Shown here piece after piece: positions 11,469 through 23,950 of a stretch of 26,748 nt of DNA. The first letter of the stretch is position 1. Each line of letters opens with the position of its first letter. Origin of the DNA: a virus (lineage: Duplodnaviria > Heunggongvirae > Uroviricota > Caudoviricetes); IMG/VR virus record IMGVR_UViG_2609460005_000007. One strand, written 5' to 3'. A program made the translations under genes and the position numbers. Below the pieces are notes generated by a model that saw only the letters and a program-made list of their open reading frames with translations, ran no database searches and was not told the DNA's origin.

Positions 11469-12689
11469 ATGAGCCTGGCCGGTAAAAAAATCGTTCTCGG
11501 CGTTAGCGGCGGTATTGCTGCCTATAAAACCCCTGAACTGGTGCGTCGTTTGCGCGATCGCGGGGCCGACGTCCGCGTAGCCATGACCGAAGCGGCAAAA
11601 GCCTTTATCACCCCACTTAGCTTGCAGGCGGTTTCTGGTTATCCCGTTTCCGACAGTCTGCTGGACCCGGCAGCCGAAGCCGCTATGGGCCATATTGAGC
11701 TGGGTAAATGGGCTGATTTAGTGATTCTCGCCCCTGCCACGGCAGATTTGATTGCCCGTATTGCTGCCGGAATGGCGAATGACCTGGTATCGACGATTTG
11801 TCTGGCTACACCTGCGCCTGTAGCCGTGCTCCCCGCCATGAACCAGCAGATGTACCGTGCCGCTGCCACGCAGCATAATTTAGAGGTGCTTGCTTCCCGT
11901 GGTTTGCTCATCTGGGGGCCAGACAGTGGCAGTCAGGCTTGTGGTGATATCGGTCCTGGGCGAATGCTCGATCCGTTAACCATTGTGGATATGGCGGTGG
12001 CGCATTTTTCGCCCGTCAACGACCTGAAACATCTGAACATTATGATTACCGCCGGTCCGACGCGTGAACCGCTCGATCCGGTGCGTTATATCTCTAATCA
12101 CAGCTCCGGCAAGATGGGTTTTGCTATCGCCGCCGCCGCTGCCCGTCGTGGCGCGAACGTCACGCTGGTATCAGGTCCGGTTTCACTACCGACGCCACCG
12201 TTTGTTAAACGTGTTGATGTGATGACTGCGCTGGAAATGGAAGCCGCCGTGAATGCTTCTGTACAGCAGCAAAATATTTTTATCGGTTGCGCCGCCGTGG
12301 CGGATTATCGCGCAGCTACCGTGGCCCCAGAGAAAATCAAAAAGCAGGCCACGCAGGGTGATGAATTAACAATAAAAATGGTTAAAAACCCCGATATCGT
12401 CGCAGGCGTTGCCGCACTAAAAGACCATCGACCCTACGTCGTTGGATTTGCCGCCGAAACAAATAATGTGGAAGAATACGCCCGGCAAAAACGTATCCGT
12501 AAAAACCTTGATCTGATCTGCGCGAACGATGTTTCCCAGCCAACTCAAGGATTTAACAGCGACAACAACGCATTACACCTTTTCTGGCAGGACGGAGATA
12601 AAGTCTTACCGCTTGAGCGCAAAGAGCTCCTTGGCCAATTATTACTCGACGAGATCGTGACCCGTTATGATGAAAAAAATCGACGTTAA
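11469..12689 (+). CDS. coaBC: bifunctional phosphopantothenoylcysteine decarboxylase / phosphopantothenate-cysteine ligase CoaBC (Dfp)
   Basis: 406-aa product from [20 protein letters not shown]... (flavoprotein fold N-terminus, CoaB C-terminus). The ORF-track upstream extension is rejected. Confidence 0.95.
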
Positions 12690-13125
12690 GATTCTGGACC
12701 CGCGCGTTGGGAAGGAATTTCCGCTCCCGACTTATGCCACCTCTGGCTCTGCCGGACTTGACCTGCGTGCCTGTCTCGACGACGCCGTAGAACTGGCTCC
12801 GGGTGACACTACGCTGGTTCCGACCGGGCTGGCGATTCATATTGCCGATCCTTCACTGGCGGCAATGATGCTGCCGCGCTCCGGATTGGGACATAAGCAC
12901 GGTATCGTGCTTGGTAACCTGGTAGGATTGATCGATTCTGACTATCAGGGCCAGTTGATGATTTCCGTGTGGAACCGTGGTCAGGACAGCTTCACCATTC
13001 AACCTGGCGAACGCATCGCCCAGATGATTTTTGTTCCGGTAGTACAGGCTGAATTTAATCTGGTGGAAGATTTCGACGCCACCGACCGCGGTGAAGGCGG
13101 CTTTGGTCACTCTGGTCGTCAGTAA
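12667..13125 (+). CDS. dut: dUTP diphosphatase (dUTPase)
   Basis: 152-aa [38 protein letters not shown]... Start overlaps the coaBC 3' end by 23 nt. Confidence 0.95.
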
Positions 13126-13231
13126 CACATACGCATCCGAATAACGTCATAACATAGCCGCAAACATTTCGTTTGCGGTCATAGCGTGGGTGCCGCCTGG
13201 CAAGTGCTTATTTTCAGGGGTATTTTGTAAC

Positions 13232-13828
13232 ATGGCAGAAAAACAAACTGCGAAAAGGAACCGTCGCGAGGAAATACTTCAGTCTCTGGCGCTGATGCTG
13301 GAATCCAGCGATGGAAGCCAACGTATCACGACGGCAAAACTGGCCGCCTCTGTCGGCGTTTCCGAAGCGGCACTGTATCGCCACTTCCCCAGTAAGACCC
13401 GCATGTTCGATAGCCTGATTGAGTTTATCGAAGATAGCCTGATTACTCGCATCAACCTGATTCTGAAAGATGAGAAAGACACCACAGCGCGCCTGCGTCT
13501 GATTGTGTTGCTGCTTCTCGGTTTTGGTGAGCGTAATCCTGGCCTGACCCGCATCCTCACTGGTCATGCGCTGATGTTTGAACAGGATCGCCTGCAAGGG
13601 CGTATCAACCAGCTGTTCGAGCGTATTGAAGCGCAGCTGCGCCAGGTATTGCGTGAAAAGAGAATGCGTGAGGGTGAAGGTTACACCACCGATGAAACCC
13701 TGCTGGCAAGCCAGATCCTGGCCTTCTGTGAAGGTATGCTGTCACGTTTTGTCCGCAGCGAATTTAAATACCGCCCGACGGATGATTTTGACGCCCGCTG
13801 GCCGCTAATTGCCGCGCAGTTGCAGTAA
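13232..13828 (+). CDS. slmA: nucleoid occlusion factor SlmA (TetR family)
   Basis: 198-aa product from [24 protein letters not shown]... with a TetR-type HTH ([20 protein letters not shown]). Confidence 0.92.
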
Positions 13829-13834
13829 TATGAC

Positions 13835-13864
13835 GCCGGATGACTTTTCATCCGGCGAGTTTCT
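13835..13864. terminator. bidirectional intrinsic terminator between convergent slmA and pyrE
   Basis: GCCGGATGA-(cttt)-TCATCCGGC perfect 9-bp stem followed by GAGTTTCTTT on the plus strand. Confidence 0.5.
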
Positions 13865-14506
13865 TTAAACGCCAAACTCTTCGCGATAGGCCTTAACCGC
13901 CGCCAGATGTTCCGCCATTTCCGGCTTCTCTTCCAGATAGGCAATCAGATCTTTCAGGGTGATGATAGAGATCACTTTGCAGTTGTAATCACGCTCAACT
14001 TCCTGAATCGCCGAAATCTCGCCGCGCCCCCGTTCCTGACGATCAAGCGAAATCAATACGCCAGCAAGCGTCGCGCCATTAGCCTGAATAATCTCCATCG
14101 ATTCGCGAATCGCCGTTCCGGCGGTGATCACATCATCTACCAGCATTACGCGTCCTTGTAACGCGCTACCAACCAGATTGCCGCCTTCACCGTGGTCTTT
14201 TGCCTCTTTGCGGTTAAAGCAGTACGGCAGGTCAAGGTCATGATGCTCCGCCAGCGCCACGGCGGTAGTGGTCGCAATCGGGATCCCTTTGTAAGCAGGG
14301 CCAAACAGCAGATCGAACTCAATGCCAGAATCCACCAATGCTTCAGCGTAAAAACGGCCTAACAGTGCCAGGTCGCGCCCGGTATTAAACAGCCCGGCGT
14401 TGAAGAAATAGGGGCTTTTGCGCCCGGATTTCAGCGTAAACTCGCCAAACTTTAACACCTGCTTGCTAAGCGCAAATTCAATAAACTGGCGCTGATATGG
14501 TTTCAT
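13865..14506 (-). CDS. pyrE: orotate phosphoribosyltransferase PyrE
   Basis: 213-aa product from [38 protein letters not shown]... with the PRPP-binding motif [14 protein letters not shown]. Confidence 0.95.
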
Positions 14507-14538
14507 GCCTTCGCTCCTCATCTTACTTTTCTACAGAC

Positions 14539-14564
14539 AAAAAAAAGGCGACTCATCAGTCGCC
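14539..14564 (-). terminator. pyrE attenuator (intrinsic terminator in the rph-pyrE intercistronic leader)
   Basis: Minus-strand RNA: AAGGCGACU-(gaug)-AGUCGCCUU followed by U8. Lies between the rph stop and the pyrE start. Confidence 0.7.
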
Positions 14565-14571
14565 TTAAAAA

Positions 14572-15288
14572 TCAGTTTGCCAGCGCCGCCTTCTGCGTCG
14601 CTACAATGGATTCGATTCCCCCTCGGGCCAGCGCCAACAAGGTGAGTAGCTCTTCATGGGTGAACGGCTCGCCTTCTGCCGTCCCCTGCACTTCAATGAT
14701 GCGCCCGTCTTCGGTCATCACTACGTTCATGTCGGTCTCTGCGGCTGAGTCTTCAACGTATTCCAGATCGCAAATTGCTTCACCGTTTACAATACCGACA
14801 GAAACTGCGGCTACCATCCCTTTCATCGGGTTGGTTTTCAGCTTGCCGTTTTCCACCAGCTTCTGTAGCGCATCTGCCAGCGCCACGCAGGCACCCGTAA
14901 TCGACGCGGTACGCGTGCCACCATCAGCCTGAAGCACGTCGCAGTCCAGCGTAATGGTGAACTCACCCAGCGCTTTCAAATCTACTGCCGCGCGAAGAGC
15001 ACGGGCGATCAGACGCTGGATTTCCATTGTGCGTCCACCCTGCTTACCTTTCGCCGCTTCACGAGCGTTACGGGTGTGGGTAGAACGTGGCAGCATGCCG
15101 TACTCTGCGGTGATCCAGCCCTGGCCCTGACCTTTCAGGAAGCGCGGCACGCCTTCTTCAATAGAGGCGGTACACAACACTTTGGTATCGCCAAATTCGA
15201 CCAGCACCGAGCCTTCTGCATGTTTTGTATAGTTACGAGTCAGGGTAACGGGACGCACCTGATTATTGCTACGGCCTGCTGGACGCAT
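14572..15288 (-). CDS. rph: ribonuclease PH (full length)
   Basis: 238-aa product from [28 protein letters not shown]... to ...[16 protein letters not shown]. There is no C-terminal frameshift of the kind K-12 MG1655 carries (rph-1). Confidence 0.95.
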   Translation of the reverse strand: MRPAGRSNNQVRPVTLTRNYTKHAEGSVLVEFGDTKVLCTASIEEGVPRFLKGQGQGWITAEYGMLPRSTHTRNAREAAKGKQGGRTMEIQRLIARALRAAVDLKALGEFTITLDCDVLQADGGTRTASITGACVALADALQKLVENGKLKTNPMKGMVAAVSVGIVNGEAICDLEYVEDSAAETDMNVVMTEDGRIIEVQGTAEGEPFTHEELLTLLALARGGIESIVATQKAALAN

Positions 15289-15414
15289 ATTGAAATCTCC
15301 GGCTTGAAACAAATGTGGCTGCGCATTATACGGACTTCCGGCGGTTATTCCTATCCTGACAAGGCATCGATGGCTATAATCCTTCCACCTCTCCTTTTAT
15401 AAACAGGAACGTCT

Positions 15415-16278
15415 ATGATCCGCAGTATGACCGCCTACGCCCGGCGTGAAATCAAGGGTGAATGGGGGAGCGCAACCTGGGAAATGCGCTCGGTAAACCA
15501 GCGTTATCTGGAAACTTACTTTCGTCTGCCGGAGCAGTTCCGTAGTCTTGAACCTGTCGTTCGCGAGCGTATTCGTTCTCGCCTGACGCGCGGTAAAGTG
15601 GAATGTACCCTGCGCTATGAGCCAGATGTTAGCGCGCAAGGTGAGCTGATCCTCAACGAAAAACTGGCTAAACAGCTGGTAACTGCCGCGAACTGGGTAA
15701 AAATGCAGAGTGACGAAGGGGAAATCAACCCGGTTGATATTCTACGCTGGCCGGGCGTGATGGCAGCCCAGGAGCAGGATCTTGACGCCATTGCCGCTGA
15801 AATTCTCGCGGCGCTGGATGGTACGCTGGACGACTTTATTGTCGCGCGCGAAACCGAAGGTCAGGCACTGAAAGCATTGATCGAGCAGCGTCTGGAAGGC
15901 GTCACCGCCGAAGTGGTCAAAGTCCGCGCCCATATGCCGGAAATCCTGCAATGGCAGCGTGAGCGTCTGGTCGCGAAGCTGGAAGATGCTCAGGTTCAGT
16001 TGGAAAACAACCGTCTGGAGCAGGAGCTGGTTCTGCTGGCACAACGAATTGACGTTGCCGAAGAACTGGACCGCCTGGAAGCGCATGTCAAAGAGACCTA
16101 CAACATTCTGAAGAAAAAAGAAGCCGTTGGTCGTCGTCTGGACTTTATGATGCAGGAATTCAACCGCGAGTCGAACACTCTTGCGTCGAAGTCTATCAAT
16201 GCCGAAGTGACAAACTCCGCGATTGAGCTGAAAGTGTTGATTGAGCAGATGCGCGAGCAGATTCAGAACATTGAATAA
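15415..16278 (+). CDS. yicC: YicC-family protein (UPF0701; stress-induced, implicated in sRNA turnover)
   Basis: 287-aa ORF MIRSMTAYARREIKGEWGSATWEMRSVNQRYLE..., same length as E. coli YicC. Divergent from rph. Confidence 0.9.
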   Translation: MIRSMTAYARREIKGEWGSATWEMRSVNQRYLETYFRLPEQFRSLEPVVRERIRSRLTRGKVECTLRYEPDVSAQGELILNEKLAKQLVTAANWVKMQSDEGEINPVDILRWPGVMAAQEQDLDAIAAEILAALDGTLDDFIVARETEGQALKALIEQRLEGVTAEVVKVRAHMPEILQWQRERLVAKLEDAQVQLENNRLEQELVLLAQRIDVAEELDRLEAHVKETYNILKKKEAVGRRLDFMMQEFNRESNTLASKSINAEVTNSAIELKVLIEQMREQIQNIE

Positions 16279-16314
16279 CTCGTAACGCCAATTCTTACTT
16301 TTCAGCCTTCACAA

Positions 16315-16349
16315 ATGCCGCCCACTCAAACAGAGCGGCATTTTTCTTC
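16315..16349 (+). terminator. intrinsic terminator downstream of yicC
   Basis: ATGCCGC-(13-nt loop)-GCGGCAT followed by TTTTTCTT. Confidence 0.5.
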
Positions 16350-16437
16350 CCCGCAACTTCAATTCTGTTTTGCGTGCCTGCTCCAGATTTTGCGATGTTT
16401 TTTTGCCCAGCACACTGAGAACGTGAGATACTCACAA

Positions 16438-16453
16438 CTGTATATAAATACAG
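16438..16453. promoter_or_regulatory. LexA operator (SOS box) of dinD
   Basis: CTGTATATAAATACAG: a perfect CTGT-N8-ACAG palindrome with AT-rich spacer, about 45 nt upstream of the dinD start. Confidence 0.75.
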
Positions 16454-16498
16454 TTACAGATTTACTTTCTTTGCAATCGATATCACATGGAGTGGGCA

Positions 16499-17323
16499 AT
16501 GAACGAACATCATCAACCTTTTGAAGAAATACGGCATTATGGCACTGAAGGGCAAGAATTTTGGTCAGCTAGAGAATTGGCACCGTTACTGGATTATCGG
16601 GACTGGCGCAATTTTCAAAAGGTACTGGCCCGCGCGACTCAAGCGTGCGAAGCCAGCAATCAAGCTGCATCTGACCATTTCGTTGAAACCACCAAAATGG
16701 TTGTATTAGGTTCAGGGGCTCAACGAGAACTTGAAGATGTTCATCTCTCCCGCTATGCCTGTTACCTGGTAGTACAAAACGGCGACCCTGCGAAACCGGT
16801 TATTGCGGCAGGGCAAACTTATTTTGCTATCCAGACCCGACGGCAGGAGCTGGCTGACGATGAAGCTTTCAGGCAACTTCGTGAAGACGAAAAGCGTCTT
16901 TTTCTGAGAAATGAATTGAAAGAACATAACAAACAATTGGTTGAGGCAGCGCAGCAAGCTGGGGTAGCGACAGCTATCGATTTCGCCATATTTCAGAATC
17001 ATGGTTACCGGGGGCTGTATGGTGGATTAGATCAGAAAGCCATCCATCAGCGGAAGGGGCTGAAAAAGAGTCAGAAGATCCTGGATCATATGGGTTCAAC
17101 AGAACTGGCGGCTAATCTCTTTCGAGCTACCCAAACAGAAGAAAAACTCAAGCGGGATGGCGTGAATTCAAAACAGCAAGCTAATACCACACACTTTGAC
17201 GTGGGTAGCAAGGTGAGGCAAACCATTCAGGAACTTGGCGGAACCATGCCTGAGGAGTTGCCGACCCCGCAGGTCAGCATCAAGCAGTTGGAAAACAGTG
17301 TAAAAATTACAGAGAAGAAATAG
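16499..17323 (+). CDS. dinD: DNA damage-inducible protein D (DinD)
   Basis: 274-aa product from MNEHHQPFEEIRHYGTEGQEFWSARELAPLL... GGAG Shine-Dalgarno 6 nt upstream of this ATG. LexA box upstream. An alternative start 4 codons earlier (16487) is possible. Confidence 0.85.
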   Translation: MNEHHQPFEEIRHYGTEGQEFWSARELAPLLDYRDWRNFQKVLARATQACEASNQAASDHFVETTKMVVLGSGAQRELEDVHLSRYACYLVVQNGDPAKPVIAAGQTYFAIQTRRQELADDEAFRQLREDEKRLFLRNELKEHNKQLVEAAQQAGVATAIDFAIFQNHGYRGLYGGLDQKAIHQRKGLKKSQKILDHMGSTELAANLFRATQTEEKLKRDGVNSKQQANTTHFDVGSKVRQTIQELGGTMPEELPTPQVSIKQLENSVKITEKK

Positions 17324-17614
17324 CAGAAACTAAAAACTCTTTTTGTTGATTGAGATACCCGATGCGTAAGCCAAAGTCCAGGTGCGGTGAACACAATGGC
17401 TAAACATTGCACCTTTCTTTTCCACCCCTCAATTTTAACCTATTTTTTCTTATGCATTTTCTCAGACAAGAAGTCAGAAGAATGCATCTACGCTACAGAA
17501 AATAGCGATTTCACATAACTACAAGTTATCAATTTCCTCTCACCTTAAAAAATCTCAATCGTGACAATACGCACAAATCGCTACCCTGCCAGACAGATTT
17601 TTAGGGAGAGAACC

Positions 17615-20025
<2,411 letters not shown>

Positions 20026-20044
20026 TCACAGGCAAATGCGGAAA

Positions 20045-20792
<748 letters not shown>

Positions 20793-20846
20793 ACCTGATT
20801 TCAGTATCATGCCCAGTCATTTCTTCACCTGTGGAGCTTTTTAAGT

Positions 20847-21122
20847 ATGGCACGCGTAACTGTTCAGGACGCTGTAGAGAAAATTGGTAACCGTTTTGAC
20901 CTGGTACTGGTCGCCGCGCGTCGCGCTCGTCAGATGCAGGTAGGCGGAAAGGATCCGCTGGTACCGGAAGAAAACGATAAAACCACTGTAATCGCGCTGC
21001 GCGAAATCGAAGAAGGTCTGATCAACAACCAGATCCTCGACGTTCGCGAACGCCAGGAACAGCAAGAGCAGGAAGCCGCTGAATTACAAGCCGTTACCGC
21101 TATTGCTGAAGGTCGTCGTTAA
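20847..21122 (+). CDS. rpoZ: RNA polymerase omega subunit
   Basis: 91-aa [34 protein letters not shown]... Confidence 0.95.
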
Positions 21123-21140
21123 TCACAAAGCGGGTCGCCC

Positions 21141-23249
21141 TTGTATCTGTTTGAAAGCCTGAATCAACTGATTCAAACCTACCTGCCGGAAGACCAAATC
21201 AAGCGTCTGCGGCAGGCGTATCTCGTTGCACGTGATGCTCACGAGGGGCAAACACGTTCAAGCGGTGAACCCTATATCACGCACCCGGTAGCGGTTGCCT
21301 GCATTCTGGCCGAGATGAAACTCGACTATGAAACGCTGATGGCGGCGCTGCTGCATGACGTGATTGAAGATACTCCCGCCACCTACCAGGACATGGAACA
21401 GCTTTTTGGTAAAAGCGTCGCCGAGCTGGTAGAGGGGGTGTCGAAACTTGATAAGCTCAAGTTCCGCGATAAGAAAGAGGCGCAGGCCGAAAACTTTCGC
21501 AAGATGATTATGGCGATGGTGCAGGATATCCGCGTCATTCTCATCAAACTTGCCGACCGTACCCACAACATGCGCACGCTGGGCTCACTTCGCCCGGACA
21601 AACGTCGCCGCATCGCCCGTGAAACTCTCGAAATTTATAGCCCGCTGGCGCACCGTTTAGGTATCCACCACATTAAAACCGAACTCGAAGAGCTGGGTTT
21701 TGAGGCGCTGTATCCCAATCGTTACCGCGTAATTAAAGAAGTGGTGAAAGCCGCGCGCGGCAACCGTAAAGAGATGATCCAAAAAATCCTCTCTGAAATC
21801 GAAGGGCGTTTGCAGGAAGCGGGAATACCGTGCCGCGTCAGTGGTCGCGAAAAGCATCTTTATTCGATTTACTGCAAAATGGTGCTCAAAGAGCAGCGTT
21901 TTCACTCAATCATGGACATCTACGCTTTCCGCGTGATCGTCAATGATTCTGACACCTGTTATCGCGTGCTCGGGCAAATGCATAGCCTGTACAAGCCGCG
22001 TCCGGGTCGCGTGAAAGACTATATCGCCATTCCTAAAGCGAACGGCTATCAGTCGTTGCACACCTCGATGATTGGCCCGCACGGCGTGCCGGTTGAGGTC
22101 CAGATCCGTACCGAAGATATGGATCAGATGGCGGAGATGGGTGTTGCCGCGCACTGGGCTTATAAAGAGCACGGCGAAACCAGTACTACCGCACAAATCC
22201 GCGCCCAGCGCTGGATGCAAAGCCTGCTGGAGCTGCAACAGAGCGCCGGTAGTTCGTTTGAATTTATCGAGAGCGTTAAATCCGATCTCTTCCCGGATGA
22301 GATTTACGTTTTCACACCGGAAGGGCGAATTGTCGAGCTGCCTGCCGGTGCAACGCCCGTCGACTTCGCTTATGCAGTGCATACCGATATCGGTCATGCC
22401 TGCGTGGGCGCACGCGTTGACCGCCAGCCTTACCCGCTGTCGCAGCCGCTTACCAGCGGTCAAACCGTTGAAATCATTACCGCACCGGGCGCTCGCCCGA
22501 ATGCCGCGTGGCTGAACTTTGTCGTTAGCTCAAAAGCGCGCGCCAAAATTCGTCAGTTGCTGAAAAACCTCAAGCGTGATGATTCTGTAAGCCTGGGCCG
22601 TCGTCTGCTCAACCATGCTTTGGGTGGTAGCCGTAAGCTGAATGAAATCCCGCAGGAAAATATTCAGCGCGAGCTGGATCGCATGAAGCTGGCAACGCTT
22701 GACGATCTGCTGGCAGAAATCGGCCTTGGTAACGCAATGAGCGTGGTGGTCGCGAAAAATCTACAACATGGGGACGCCTCCATTCCACCGGCGACTCAAA
22801 GCCACGGGCATCTGCCGATCAAAGGCGCTGATGGCGTGCTGATCACCTTTGCGAAATGCTGCCGCCCCATTCCTGGCGACCCGATTATCGCCCACGTCAG
22901 CCCCGGTAAAGGTCTGGTGATCCACCATGAATCCTGCCGTAACATCCGTGGCTACCAGAAAGAGCCAGAGAAGTTTATGGCTGTGGAATGGGATAAAGAG
23001 ACGGCGCAGGAGTTCATCACCGAAATCAAGGTGGAGATGTTCAATCATCAGGGTGCGCTGGCAAACCTGACGGCGGCAATTAACACCACGACCTCGAATA
23101 TTCAAAGTTTGAATACGGAAGAGAAAGATGGTCGCGTCTACAGCGCCTTTATTCGTCTGACCGCTCGTGACCGTGTGCATCTGGCGAATATCATGCGCAA
23201 AATCCGCGTGATGCCAGACGTGATTAAAGTCACCCGAAACCGAAATTAA
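21141..23249 (+). CDS. spoT: bifunctional (p)ppGpp synthetase/hydrolase SpoT
   Basis: 702-aa ORF (HD domain HDVIED, synthetase domain, TGS and ACT regions). The start codon is TTG at 21141, which the track renders as M. Confidence 0.95.
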   Translation: MYLFESLNQLIQTYLPEDQIKRLRQAYLVARDAHEGQTRSSGEPYITHPVAVACILAEMKLDYETLMAALLHDVIEDTPATYQDMEQLFGKSVAELVEGVSKLDKLKFRDKKEAQAENFRKMIMAMVQDIRVILIKLADRTHNMRTLGSLRPDKRRRIARETLEIYSPLAHRLGIHHIKTELEELGFEALYPNRYRVIKEVVKAARGNRKEMIQKILSEIEGRLQEAGIPCRVSGREKHLYSIYCKMVLKEQRFHSIMDIYAFRVIVNDSDTCYRVLGQMHSLYKPRPGRVKDYIAIPKANGYQSLHTSMIGPHGVPVEVQIRTEDMDQMAEMGVAAHWAYKEHGETSTTAQIRAQRWMQSLLELQQSAGSSFEFIESVKSDLFPDEIYVFTPEGRIVELPAGATPVDFAYAVHTDIGHACVGARVDRQPYPLSQPLTSGQTVEIITAPGARPNAAWLNFVVSSKARAKIRQLLKNLKRDDSVSLGRRLLNHALGGSRKLNEIPQENIQRELDRMKLATLDDLLAEIGLGNAMSVVVAKNLQHGDASIPPATQSHGHLPIKGADGVLITFAKCCRPIPGDPIIAHVSPGKGLVIHHESCRNIRGYQKEPEKFMAVEWDKETAQEFITEIKVEMFNHQGALANLTAAINTTTSNIQSLNTEEKDGRVYSAFIRLTARDRVHLANIMRKIRVMPDVIKVTRNRN

Positions 23250-23255
23250 TGTTTT

Positions 23256-23945
23256 ATGAACCCAACACGTTATGCACGCATCTGCGAAATGCTCGCCAGG
23301 CGGCAGCCTGATCTGACCGTCTGCATGGAGCAGGTCCACAAACCTCATAACGTTTCTGCGATTATTCGTACCGCAGATGCCGTTGGCGTACATGAAGTTC
23401 ACGCCGTCTGGCCTGGTAGCCGCATGCGCACCATGGCTTCGGCAGCGGCGGGTAGTAACAGCTGGGTACAGGTGAAAACACACCGCACCATTGGCGATGC
23501 CGTCGCTCATCTCAAAGGCCAGGGCATGCAGATTCTGGCAACCCATCTTTCTGATAACGCTGTCGATTTCCGCGAAATTGATTACACTCGCCCGACCTGC
23601 ATTTTGATGGGACAGGAGAAAACGGGCATCACGCAGGAAGCATTGGCCCTGGCGGATCAGGACATCATCATTCCGATGATCGGCATGGTGCAGTCGCTGA
23701 ATGTTTCCGTTGCCTCAGCCCTCATTCTTTACGAAGCCCAGCGTCAGCGGCAAAATGCAGGCATGTACCTGCGTGAAAACAGCATGTTGCCGGAAGCAGA
23801 GCAACAACGCCTGTTGTTTGAAGGCGGCTATCCGGTGCTGGCGAAAGTCGCAAAACGCAAAGGCCTGCCTTATCCCCACGTCAATCAGCAAGGCGAGATC
23901 GAAGCTGATGCCGACTGGTGGGCTACTATGCAGGCTGCAGGGTAA
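23256..23945 (+). CDS. trmH: tRNA (guanosine-18 2'-O)-methyltransferase TrmH (SpoU)
   Basis: 229-aa ORF with SPOUT motifs (NVSAIIRTADAVG, ILMGQEKTG, SLNVSVA). Starts 7 nt after the spoT stop. Confidence 0.92.
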   Translation: MNPTRYARICEMLARRQPDLTVCMEQVHKPHNVSAIIRTADAVGVHEVHAVWPGSRMRTMASAAAGSNSWVQVKTHRTIGDAVAHLKGQGMQILATHLSDNAVDFREIDYTRPTCILMGQEKTGITQEALALADQDIIIPMIGMVQSLNVSVASALILYEAQRQRQNAGMYLRENSMLPEAEQQRLLFEGGYPVLAKVAKRKGLPYPHVNQQGEIEADADWWATMQAAG

Positions 23946-23950
23946 GTGCC

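Noticed and set aside
21906-23546. Long minus-strand ORFs (185 aa at 21906-22463 and 261 aa at 22761-23546) antisense to spoT and trmH
   Set aside because: They lie entirely within well-supported plus-strand genes and have biased, low-complexity composition (R/A/G-rich) typical of shadow ORFs on the opposite strand of GC-rich coding sequence.
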